Part shown: piece by piece, positions 36,945 to 45,750 of the stretch
Layout: the number at the start of each line of letters is the position of its first letter
Position numbering within the stretch: position 1 is the stretch's first letter
NCBI GenBank assembly: GCA_965116875.1
Contig: OZ220733.1
Coordinates: forward strand, 2,944,001-3,008,000
DNA from: Candidatus Latescibacterota bacterium
GTDB taxonomy: Bacteria; Latescibacterota; UBA2968; GCA-2709665
Direction of reading: 5' to 3'
Length of the DNA: 64,000 bases
The notes under the pieces: model-generated
What the model was told of the DNA's origin: nothing
Seen by the model: only the letters and a program-made list of their open reading frames with translations
Databases searched by the model: none
Made by a program: the position numbers and the translations under genes

Positions 36945-38015
36945 ATGGCTTCGACAGGATCGTCAGAGCCACAGGTCAGTTCCGCCAGAGAACGCGGCGC
37001 TGCCGAAACTGATCATCTGCCCCCGTTCCCCGAGGGTTGGTATCTGGTAGACACGCGGCAGTCCCTTCTGCGGGAGAAATTGATCGAAAAGACCTGGATG
37101 GGAGAGGAAATCGTCGCCTGGTGCGATGAGGAGGGCCGTGTCTGCGTGGCCGACTCGATATGTCCGCACCTCGGCTCGTCCCTGGGACCGGACGTTGGCG
37201 GGAAGGTCTGCAACGGACGTCTGGTCTGTCCGTTTCACGGGTTTGAATACGATGCGACCGGCCAGTGCGTCGCGACACCGAACGCCCCGGCGCCCAGAGC
37301 GGCGAAGCTGAAGGTATACGAAACCAGGGAGATCCTCGGCCTTGTCTTCGCCTGGTTCGGGAACGGCGGCAGGCCGTCACACTGGGAACTTCCCGGCGAG
37401 CCGACCACCGGTCCCGAGTGGAGTCAATTGGGTTTCCGGCGTCTCCGCTTCCGCAGCCATCCCCAGGAAACGGCGGAGAACGCCGTGGACCTGGGACACC
37501 TGCGCTACGTGCACGGCTACGACAAGGTCAATCCGGTCGGCGCGCTAACAGTGGACGGCGCCTATCTGAAGAGTTGCTTCGACTTCAGACGCACCCGCAG
37601 TTTGCTGGGTCTGATCGATCTCGTGTATGAAATCTCCGCCGTCACCCACATCCATGGACTCGGCTACTCCTACGTTGAAATCCACGAGAAAACCATCGAT
37701 ATGCACGCGAGACTCTGGGTGCTTCCCACGCCTGTTGACGGCACCGTCATCGATCTCGTTCTGGCCGGCCAACTGATGGAATTCCGCAAGCCCGGGCGGT
37801 TCATCACGGGTCTCGGCTTCGTGCCGATGAAGCTGCGCCAACGGCTGATGAATCACATACTGCTTGGGCAGCAGAAACGGGATGTGCTGCAGGACGTGGT
37901 GATCTGGGAAAAGAAGCGGCACCGGTCGCCTCCCAGGCTGTGCCGCGCCGACGGCCCTATCGGCGCCTACCGCCGCTACTGCAGGCAGTTCTACCCGGAA
38001 AAGCATGTAACTTGA
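36945..38015 (+). CDS. Rieske non-heme oxygenase, Neverland/DAF-36/KshA (sterol) type
   Basis: FPEGWY, Rieske CPHLG...CPFHG, mononuclear Fe motif ENAVDLGHLRYVH, C-terminal DVVIWEKK...P.LC..DGPI..YRRYCRQFY. Confidence 0.85.
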   Translation: MASTGSSEPQVSSARERGAAETDHLPPFPEGWYLVDTRQSLLREKLIEKTWMGEEIVAWCDEEGRVCVADSICPHLGSSLGPDVGGKVCNGRLVCPFHGFEYDATGQCVATPNAPAPRAAKLKVYETREILGLVFAWFGNGGRPSHWELPGEPTTGPEWSQLGFRRLRFRSHPQETAENAVDLGHLRYVHGYDKVNPVGALTVDGAYLKSCFDFRRTRSLLGLIDLVYEISAVTHIHGLGYSYVEIHEKTIDMHARLWVLPTPVDGTVIDLVLAGQLMEFRKPGRFITGLGFVPMKLRQRLMNHILLGQQKRDVLQDVVIWEKKRHRSPPRLCRADGPIGAYRRYCRQFYPEKHVT

Positions 38016-38214
38016 TCGATGCGGCATCCCCCGGTAGCGGGTCGCCGGAGATCGGATCCTGGGGGAGGGGGCACAAACCTGCCTGCATCTGTCGACTGAG
38101 GAGCGATCCGTCGTTCCCCTACGCCGCCAGGGCTTCCGGTACCGTCTGCCGGACCAACTCCCCGGAGGGGTCCCGCGCCGGTAGTCCAGCCGCCTTCGGA
38201 AGTTCCGCGAAGGC

Positions 38215-38243
38215 TTGACAAGGCACCTGAAATGCTGTATCAT
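38215..38243 (+). promoter_or_regulatory. Sigma70-like promoter upstream of the P450 gene
   Basis: TTGACA-17 bp-TATCAT. Confidence 0.55.
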
Positions 38244-38465
38244 ATCGTAATATGAACAAGTTACCCACTTCCAAAGCGAGTTCGAGTCCTTCACCTTTAC
38301 TCTTGTTGATGGAGTTTAATAAATCCGCTTAATTGGGAACAAGCCGCAATTTCAAACTGAGACACCACCCAAATACCCGTGCCCTTGCAAGGGCACGCGC
38401 GAAATGTCAAAAATCGTGTTCAGAACGCTCGAAATCCTGCGAGGGAGAGGATAACTGGTTAACTG

Positions 38466-40499
38466 ATGACACGAGAAACAGCAGTTGGAACGGGCCCGGG
38501 GGCGTCCACGGTGAGTCTGCCTGAGGAGCTGCTGCTGGCGCTGCTGGACGAGGAGAGCGGTTATTTTCGTCAGGTGCCCGGCTGGAACCTGAACTGCGCC
38601 ATGACCGGCGCAGCGCTGGGTGAACTGTCGCTGCTCGGCCGTATCGACACCGATCTGGAGTCGCTGTCGCTGTTGGATGCGACCGATACGGGTCGTCCGC
38701 TGCTCGACCCGATCTTGCGGGAGATCGCCACCGAAACGGAACCACACGACGCCCGCTACTGGGTTGAAAGGCTTGCTCCACAGTCCGAGGAGATGATCCC
38801 CCAGGCGCTGGACGGGCTCGTTCGGCGACAGATTCTCGACCTCCACCCGGGCGATTTCTATACCTTCACCAAGCGCCAGCGGCAGGGCGAAACACCGCCG
38901 GAAGAAGAACACCTGGCGGGCGAGTCCGTAAAGGCCCGGCTGACCAGGATCATCTTCTCGGACGAGATTCCGGGGCCGCGTGACGTGATTATCACCGGCC
39001 TGGTCAACGCCTGCCGCGTGTTCCATCTGATGTTTCAGATCGACGAGGAAGTGGAAGAACGGATTCAGTTCGTCAGCCAGATGGACCTGATCGGCCAGGC
39101 GATTGCGGCGGCGGTGGGCCAGAGCATCGTCGCGCCCACGCTTCGGCATCCATCGCTGACCAAACCGATTCCAACCGTGTCCCTGCGTGATCTCGTGTTC
39201 AATCGAGAGCTGCGAGAGGGCAGGCTGCCGGCAGGGTTCGCCATTCTGGCCGAAAAGTACGGTCCGGTATTCGAGCTTCGGCTCCCGTTCCGCCAGAACA
39301 TGATTGTACTGGCAGGGTTGAAGACAAACGAATGGGCCCATCGCATGGGGCGGGTGTTCTTGCGGTCGAAGGAGTACTTCGAGGGCGTCGACAAAGCGTA
39401 TGGCGTGTCCCGCTCGATGCACTCGGTTGACGGTGCAGATCACTTTCGTTTTCGCAAATCGTTGCAGCCCGCCTACTCTCGCAGGACTTTGACCAGGCGT
39501 CTGGATGAGGTCTATGACCTGGCCCGCGCGCATATGGCGAGTTGGGAAGTCGACGAAACGTTCCCGGTTCAGGAGATGCTGCGGCCGTTGCTGAACGCGC
39601 AGTCATCGCCGCTCCTGGCCAGCATTGACACCCAGGGCGAGATCGTCGACGCGCTGGAATACAAGATACGGGTGCTCAATGTAGGCATCGTCAAGATTCT
39701 GCCGCGTTTCATGCTCTATACCCCGTCGATGCGCCGCCGGGCGAAGGCCATGCAAAAGATCATCGAACGCATGGAGAGGACGCATACGGCCGCGCAGCGG
39801 GCCGGGATGCATGAGGACGTGGTTGACGCGTATCTGGCCCTGAACGCGTCCGATCCCCAGTTCCTACCCGAATCGGACCTGACGCTGCCGCTGGGGGCGA
39901 TCCTGATGACCGCCATGTACATGGGCGATCAGGTTGGCTTCGCTCTTTACTGGTTGGTGCAGAATCCCGAATTGTACGAGCGCGTCACGGCTGAAGCGGA
40001 CGCGTTGTGGGCTGAGGGCGATCCCGGCGAGGAGGACTTCACTCGAGAACGGATCGACGTGACCCACCGGGTGCTGATGGAGACTTTGCGGATGTCGCCG
40101 ATCGTGGCCATGTCGATGCGGACGGTGATGAATACCAGCGTGGTGGAGGGATACGAGCTACCGGTCGGGTCGCAGCTCCTGATTGCGCAGACGGCCACGC
40201 ATTACTCGGAAGAGGCGTTTTCCGATCCGTGGACGTTCGACATTGACCGCTACCTGCCCCCGCGGAGCGAGCACCTGGGCAGAGGCTACGCGCCCTTCGG
40301 GCTCGGCACGCACTCATGTCTCGGGAGCCGCTGGGCCGAAATGCATATGGCGATCAACCTCCTGATGCTCACGCATCACTTCAAAATCGAACTGGCCCGC
40401 CCCTACAAGCGGTTGCCGATGGATCCGTTTCCCTCCCAGTCTCCCAGCAACAAACTTAAGTTCAGGCTCGCCGAGCAGCGGCACGAAATTCGTGTCTGA
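38466..40499 (+). CDS. Fusion of GPP34 (Golgi phosphoprotein 3-like) domain and cytochrome P450
   Basis: N-terminal SLPEELLLALLDEESG...GAALGELSLLGRI (GPP34 pattern). C-terminal ETLR, FDIDRY and heme motif FGLGTHSCLG. Confidence 0.85.
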   Translation: MTRETAVGTGPGASTVSLPEELLLALLDEESGYFRQVPGWNLNCAMTGAALGELSLLGRIDTDLESLSLLDATDTGRPLLDPILREIATETEPHDARYWVERLAPQSEEMIPQALDGLVRRQILDLHPGDFYTFTKRQRQGETPPEEEHLAGESVKARLTRIIFSDEIPGPRDVIITGLVNACRVFHLMFQIDEEVEERIQFVSQMDLIGQAIAAAVGQSIVAPTLRHPSLTKPIPTVSLRDLVFNRELREGRLPAGFAILAEKYGPVFELRLPFRQNMIVLAGLKTNEWAHRMGRVFLRSKEYFEGVDKAYGVSRSMHSVDGADHFRFRKSLQPAYSRRTLTRRLDEVYDLARAHMASWEVDETFPVQEMLRPLLNAQSSPLLASIDTQGEIVDALEYKIRVLNVGIVKILPRFMLYTPSMRRRAKAMQKIIERMERTHTAAQRAGMHEDVVDAYLALNASDPQFLPESDLTLPLGAILMTAMYMGDQVGFALYWLVQNPELYERVTAEADALWAEGDPGEEDFTRERIDVTHRVLMETLRMSPIVAMSMRTVMNTSVVEGYELPVGSQLLIAQTATHYSEEAFSDPWTFDIDRYLPPRSEHLGRGYAPFGLGTHSCLGSRWAEMHMAINLLMLTHHFKIELARPYKRLPMDPFPSQSPSNKLKFRLAEQRHEIRV

Positions 40500-41583
40500 G
40501 TTCGCTGCGTCCGCTCTTCCGGCGCCCGATCTGGTCTACGACTCGCGAATTGAGCCTTTCACAATGAATTCATCTGGCGGCGGACGACCTCACACCGTAC
40601 GGGTGATCACGGGGGCGAGCGGGCAGATCGGTGGGGTGTTGGCGCGGGCTCTCGCCGACAAGTACGGGCCCCGTCAGGTTCGTGCGATCTTTCGGAAGCG
40701 TCGAGGGACGGCGGCGGATCTCGACGTCGCATGGGTCAAGGGCGACATTCTCAGCAAGCAATCGCTGATCGCCGCCTTCGCGGGCGCGGAGACTGTGTTC
40801 CATTTGGCCGCGTTGGTCTCGATCGGTACCGTCAGGGCACAGGAATTCCATCGCACGAATGTCCTGGGCACCCGCAACGTCGTGGAAGCGGCCCTCGAAT
40901 GTGGGGTGAGACGTCTGGTTCATGTCTCCTCGATCCACGCTTACGACCCGTTCCCGCTGGACGAAGTGCTTGACGAGAGTCGCCGCCCCGCGGACAGCCC
41001 GCGCGACGCGCCGTACGACCGTTCGAAAGCCGCCGGCGAAGCGGAGGTCCGGCGCGGTATCGACCGCGGTCTGGACGCCGTAATCCTGAATCCAACCAGC
41101 GTGATCGGCCCCTATGACGGCGCCCCGTCGCCTATGGGGCAGTTTTTTCTCGACCTCCACCGCAGGCGTCTTCCCGCACTGATCGCGTCTGGCTACGACT
41201 GGGTTGACGTGCGCGACGTCGTGGCGGCCACGATGGCCGCCGAGACACAGGCGAGACGTGGCGAGAACTACATCGTCTCAGGTCACTGGCACACCGTCCG
41301 CGAACTGGCGGAGCTGTCTCAGCAGGCGACCGGGGTAGCCGCACCTCGCCTCCAGTTCCCGATGTTCGCCGCCCGGTTATGGGCGCCCTGCCAGGTCGTC
41401 CTGGATCGGTGTCGCGGACGTCGTCCTCTCTACACGCCGGTGTCCGTCCGCGTCATGGCCCATGGCAATCGGCGGATATCAAGCGCCAGGGCGAAGGCGA
41501 AACTCGGGTTCCACCCGCGCCCGCTCGCCGAATCGGTCAGGGACACGTACCGCTGGTTCGACGAACACGGCATGCTGGATTAA
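40492..41583 (+). CDS. Extended SDR, 3-beta-HSD/HpnA/dihydroflavonol-reductase-like
   Basis: TGASGQIG, VFHLAA, TNVLGTRNV, YDRSK (YxxxK), NPTSVIGPYD. Overlaps the P450 stop. Start uncertain (could be 40564). Confidence 0.85.
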   Translation: MSEFAASALPAPDLVYDSRIEPFTMNSSGGGRPHTVRVITGASGQIGGVLARALADKYGPRQVRAIFRKRRGTAADLDVAWVKGDILSKQSLIAAFAGAETVFHLAALVSIGTVRAQEFHRTNVLGTRNVVEAALECGVRRLVHVSSIHAYDPFPLDEVLDESRRPADSPRDAPYDRSKAAGEAEVRRGIDRGLDAVILNPTSVIGPYDGAPSPMGQFFLDLHRRRLPALIASGYDWVDVRDVVAATMAAETQARRGENYIVSGHWHTVRELAELSQQATGVAAPRLQFPMFAARLWAPCQVVLDRCRGRRPLYTPVSVRVMAHGNRRISSARAKAKLGFHPRPLAESVRDTYRWFDEHGMLD

Positions 41584-41668
41584 CAGTCCGTTGGAAAAGT
41601 CGCTCTGCAGGCCTGCCGGTGAAGTCTTGGCAGGCAGGTAGCCCGGATGGACTTTTTCAACGGGCTGT
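41583..41668. mobile_element. Short MITE-like element, relative of 7774-7935
   Basis: ACAGTCCGTTGGAAAAGTCGCTCTGCAGGC...CCGGATGGACTTTTTCAACGGGCTGT. Confidence 0.65.
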
Positions 41669-41681
41669 AAAGGTGCGTGAG

Positions 41682-42443
41682 ATGATCGAAGAGCGTCTGC
41701 ACGGGATGCTGATATGGGCTGTCGTCGCGTTGGCGCCTGTGACGTTCCTGTACCTTCTCCGCAGGCCCGCGCCCTACGGGCGCCACTACGCGGGCGCGGG
41801 CTGGGGGCCCCACGTCTCCGCCAGGCTCGCATGGATCATCATGGAACTGCCGGCGCCCGCCGCCTTCCTCGTCGTCTATCTCAACGGCAAGGGCGCTTTC
41901 CAGATCGTGCCGCTGCTGTTCCTGGTCATGTGGCAGGGCCACTATCTGAATCGGACGTTCGTCTATCCGTTTCGTGTCCGGGCATGCGGTCGGAAGACGC
42001 CCCTTCTGCTGGTCGGATCCGGCTTTCTCTTCAATGCGATCAACGCGTACCTCAACGCCCGCTTCATCTCGGAATTCGGCGAGTACGGCACTGAATGGCT
42101 AGCCGACCCCCGCTTCCTGGTCGGCGTTGGGATATTCCTCGCCGGGCTCGCGCTCAATCTCCACGCCGACAACACGCTTATGCGCCTGCGTCAACCCGGC
42201 GAGACTGGCTATGCGATACCGCAGGGCGGCGGGTTCCGCTTCGTCTCGTGTCCGAACTACCTGGGGGAAATCCTCGAATGGGCGGGCTGGGCGGTGGCGA
42301 CCTGGTCGTCGTGCGGCTTTGCATTCATGCTGTTCGCATTCGCCAATCTCGCCCCGAGGGCGTGGAGCAACCACCGATGGTATCGAGAGACGTTCAGCGA
42401 TTATCCGGCACATCGCAGGGCCCTGATACCGGGCATCTGCTGA
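41682..42443 (+). CDS. 3-oxo-5-alpha-steroid 4-dehydrogenase (steroid 5-alpha-reductase, SRD5A-like)
   Basis: APYGRH, AWIIMELP, HYLNRTFVYP, LRQPGETGYAIPQGGGFRFVSCPNYLGEILEW, NLAPRA...HRWY...DYP..RRALIP. Confidence 0.92.
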   Translation: MIEERLHGMLIWAVVALAPVTFLYLLRRPAPYGRHYAGAGWGPHVSARLAWIIMELPAPAAFLVVYLNGKGAFQIVPLLFLVMWQGHYLNRTFVYPFRVRACGRKTPLLLVGSGFLFNAINAYLNARFISEFGEYGTEWLADPRFLVGVGIFLAGLALNLHADNTLMRLRQPGETGYAIPQGGGFRFVSCPNYLGEILEWAGWAVATWSSCGFAFMLFAFANLAPRAWSNHRWYRETFSDYPAHRRALIPGIC

Positions 42444-42576
42444 CGCCTGAGCAATCCCGCGCGCCAGACGGCGCCCGTGATCCTCTGAATTGGCCAACGC
42501 GCCTTGAGTTGAAGCCGGCAGACGGCGGCGTTCGCTGAGAGCGATGTGCAGCGCGTCCGAATGGCGCCCGTTTACG

Positions 42577-45500
42577 TTACCGGACGGGAACCAGATGCAG
42601 ACGGATGGCGTAAAGCGCGGGGACGATCATCAGCAGGATTGACGTGGCGATGAGGATTCCGAAGCCCAGCGACGCGGCGAACGGGACGAGGAACTGGGCC
42701 TGAATGGCGCGTTCCAGGATGAGTGGAAAGAAGCCGAGGAAAGTCGTCAATGAAGTGAGCATAATCGGCCGAAATCGTCCCTTTGCGCCTTCGATGATCG
42801 CGGTTCGCACAGGGGTGCCTTCCTCGAGTTTCTGATCGATGAAATCGATCATCACCAGGGAATCGTTCACAACCACGCCGCTCAGACCGAAGACGCCCAT
42901 GAAGGAAACGGCGCTCAGTGCCAGCCCCAGGACCCAGTGGCCCAGGATCACGCCGATCAGACCGAACGGAATGACCGCCATGATGATGAACGGTTTGGTG
43001 TAGGACCGCAGCGGGATGGCAAGCAGCGCGAAAATCAGGAGCAGGGCAATCGCAAACCCGCGGAACAGCGCGTCGAGGGACTCGAGCTGCTGTTGCTGCT
43101 CCCCGCCAAAGGTGTACGCCAGGTCCGGGTACAGGGCGGTCAATTCCGCGAGGATCGAACTGGCGAGGATATTGTTGGCTTCGTCGCCGCTGATTACCGC
43201 CGCGTCCACGTCAGCCGTGACCGTGACCACCCGCTGTCCGTCTTTCCGCCGGATGGCAGGCGGCGACCTTCCTGAATTCATGGTGGCAACGCTGGTCACC
43301 GGCACCTCCGCTCCGCTCGGGGTACGGATCAGGTACCCTTCGATATCTGTAATGGAATTCCGCTCATCGCCGGGCAGTCGTACGTAGACCCGGACTTCTT
43401 CCCGTCCTCGCTGCACACGGACCGCTTCCTCTCCGAAAAACGCGGCGCGCGCCTGTCCGGCCAACCCCTCAAGCGTGAGACCGAGGGTCTGCGCTTCCGG
43501 CCGCAGCTGGAGCTGGACTTCCGGAACGCCCGGGGTGTGATCCGAACGTATATCGTGGACGCCTCCGATGCCGCGGAGCCCTTCGACCACGGCGTCTGCG
43601 ATCCCCAGGAGGCGCTCAGGATGCGGATGAGACAGCACGGCCTCCACGGGGTTGCCGAAGTCGATGACCTCGCCGCTGTAGGTGATACCGCGCACGTAGG
43701 GCAGCACCCCCACCTCCTCTCGCCACGCCTGCACGAAATCCACGGTGGAGATCTCTCGTTGCTGCGCGCCCAGGAGTTTGAATTCGATGGTGGCGATATT
43801 GGCTTCCGGATTCAGGGTTGGCGCGGGGTTCAGTCCGCCGCCCTGGACCCGCGGCCGCTGCCCGACGGTCACGATAACGCCGGAAAGCAGCGGCGGCGCA
43901 TCCGCGGCGCGGTCGCGAGAGAGGCGTTCGATGACCCGGTGTCCGGCGTCCTCCAGTTCCCGCGCCGCCTGGTACGTCCTGGGAGCGGTCGTACCGTCCG
44001 GCATCTCCAGAGTGACCGTGGCGAAGTCCCCTTCGACTTCGGCCGCCAGGGTCGTCGGGATGATGCCGGTTCTCACCAGAGAGAAACTCAGCACGAGCAT
44101 TCCCACCGCCCCCGCCATTGTCACCCAGGGCTGGTCGGCCGCGAACTGCAATGCCCGGTCCAGGGGGCCCTGCACGAACCGGTTCAGCAGCACATCCACC
44201 CGTCCCTGTACCCGTGCGAAGAACCGGTCGAAGGCATTTGCCGGCGCCCATTCCGGGCCGTGCATGTGCGACAGGTGGTTTGGCAGGATCAGCAGCGATT
44301 CGACCAGGGAAACCAGAAGGATGGAGATCATGATGATCGGCAGCGCCCGCCAGGACTCACCGATGCCGCCCGGGATGAACAGCAGCGGCACGAAGGCGAC
44401 CACCGTCGTGAGGACCGCGAATATCAGCGGCACCTTTATGCGCCGCGCGCCCCGGATCGCAGCCTGAACCCCGGGGGTTCCACGCTTGCGTTCGCTCTGG
44501 ATGAGTTCGGACACGACAATGGCGTCGTCAACGACGATTCCTATGGCGAGGACGAACGAGAACAGGCTTTGCGCGTTGATCGCAACGTCGAGTACCAGCA
44601 TCACCGCCAGGGCGCCGATACCCGAGACCGCAAGGCCGACGGCGACCCACATGGCAAGCCGGATCTGGAGAAACAGGCTGAGCGAGACCAGCACCAGCAG
44701 AAGGCCCAGTATGCCGTTCTTCAGGAGGATCTCGGTACGTTCCTTGAAGTCCTGTGACTCGTCGTTCCATATCGTGACGCCCACGCCGTCCGGCAGTGCC
44801 GGAATCACCTCGTCCGCCAGGTGCTCCCGCACGGCCGTGGCGACTTCCATCACGTGCTCGCCGTCGGCCCGGAAGACCTCCACGAATACAGCGGGATGGT
44901 TCTGATGCCGGACAATCAGGTCGGCTTCCTGAAAGCCGTCGCGGACTTCGGCGATATCGCCAACGCGCAGAACCGTGCCATCGCTGTTGCTGAGGAGGAT
45001 GATTTCCTCGAAGTCCTGCTGGTCGTAGTTCTGACCCAGAGTCCGGACCCTCACCTGAGATTCCCGTGTATCGATACTTCCTGCAGACAGGTCCAGAGAA
45101 CTGCGGCGAATCGTGTTGGCGACATCGTTGAGTGTCAGCCCCAGTGACCTGAGTCGATGAAGCGGCACCTCGATGGAAATCTCGTAATTCCTGACGCCGC
45201 TGACCTCCACCTGGGACACGGAGGAAAGCGTCTTGAGCTCGTCCTCGATCTGGTACGCCAATTCCTTCAGCGAGCGTTCCGGCACGTCGCCGTAGACAAT
45301 GAGCCGCATCATGCTCTGGCGATTGGTCATCTCCCAGAACAGGGGACGTTCGGCGCCGCCGGGGAAGGTCTGTATACGATTGACCGCAGACTCGATATCG
45401 TCCAGGGCCCGCGCCATGTCCGTCCCGGAATCCATCTGGATTCTCACGGACGCGATCCCCGGCGCCGCCACCGACTTGACCGCCTTCACGTCGTCCAGTC

Positions 45501-45750
45501 CGCTGACCCGGTCCTCGATCTTGACAACGATCGACTCCTCCACCTCCTCAGGCGTAGCCCCGGGATAGGCCATCGAGACTTCAATGTGATAGAAGGGGAC
45601 CGTAGGCCACGCTTCCCGCTCCAGGCCGGTCAGCGAAACCAGACCGAACGCGATAATTGCCCACATCAACAGATTGGCCGCAATGCCGTTGTCGGCCATG
45701 TAGGCGATCGGCCCGGGCCGTTCGCCGTGGCTGTGTCCGTTTGTGCTCAT
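42577..45750 (-). CDS. RND efflux permease (AcrB/D/F family)
   Basis: YPGATPEEVE, GIVVDDAIVV, VVNDSLVM, RFRPIMLTSLTT. Confidence 0.93.
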   Translation of the reverse strand: MSTNGHSHGERPGPIAYMADNGIAANLLMWAIIAFGLVSLTGLEREAWPTVPFYHIEVSMAYPGATPEEVEESIVVKIEDRVSGLDDVKAVKSVAAPGIASVRIQMDSGTDMARALDDIESAVNRIQTFPGGAERPLFWEMTNRQSMMRLIVYGDVPERSLKELAYQIEDELKTLSSVSQVEVSGVRNYEISIEVPLHRLRSLGLTLNDVANTIRRSSLDLSAGSIDTRESQVRVRTLGQNYDQQDFEEIILLSNSDGTVLRVGDIAEVRDGFQEADLIVRHQNHPAVFVEVFRADGEHVMEVATAVREHLADEVIPALPDGVGVTIWNDESQDFKERTEILLKNGILGLLLVLVSLSLFLQIRLAMWVAVGLAVSGIGALAVMLVLDVAINAQSLFSFVLAIGIVVDDAIVVSELIQSERKRGTPGVQAAIRGARRIKVPLIFAVLTTVVAFVPLLFIPGGIGESWRALPIIMISILLVSLVESLLILPNHLSHMHGPEWAPANAFDRFFARVQGRVDVLLNRFVQGPLDRALQFAADQPWVTMAGAVGMLVLSFSLVRTGIIPTTLAAEVEGDFATVTLEMPDGTTAPRTYQAARELEDAGHRVIERLSRDRAADAPPLLSGVIVTVGQRPRVQGGGLNPAPTLNPEANIATIEFKLLGAQQREISTVDFVQAWREEVGVLPYVRGITYSGEVIDFGNPVEAVLSHPHPERLLGIADAVVEGLRGIGGVHDIRSDHTPGVPEVQLQLRPEAQTLGLTLEGLAGQARAAFFGEEAVRVQRGREEVRVYVRLPGDERNSITDIEGYLIRTPSGAEVPVTSVATMNSGRSPPAIRRKDGQRVVTVTADVDAAVISGDEANNILASSILAELTALYPDLAYTFGGEQQQQLESLDALFRGFAIALLLIFALLAIPLRSYTKPFIIMAVIPFGLIGVILGHWVLGLALSAVSFMGVFGLSGVVVNDSLVMIDFIDQKLEEGTPVRTAIIEGAKGRFRPIMLTSLTTFLGFFPLILERAIQAQFLVPFAASLGFGILIATSILLMIVPALYAIRLHLVPVR

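Noticed and set aside
36945-42443. Canonical steroid degradation (9,10-seco) or hopanoid biosynthesis cluster
   Set aside because: No kstD, kshB, hsaABCD, squalene synthase or cyclase in the window. They could lie elsewhere in the genome.
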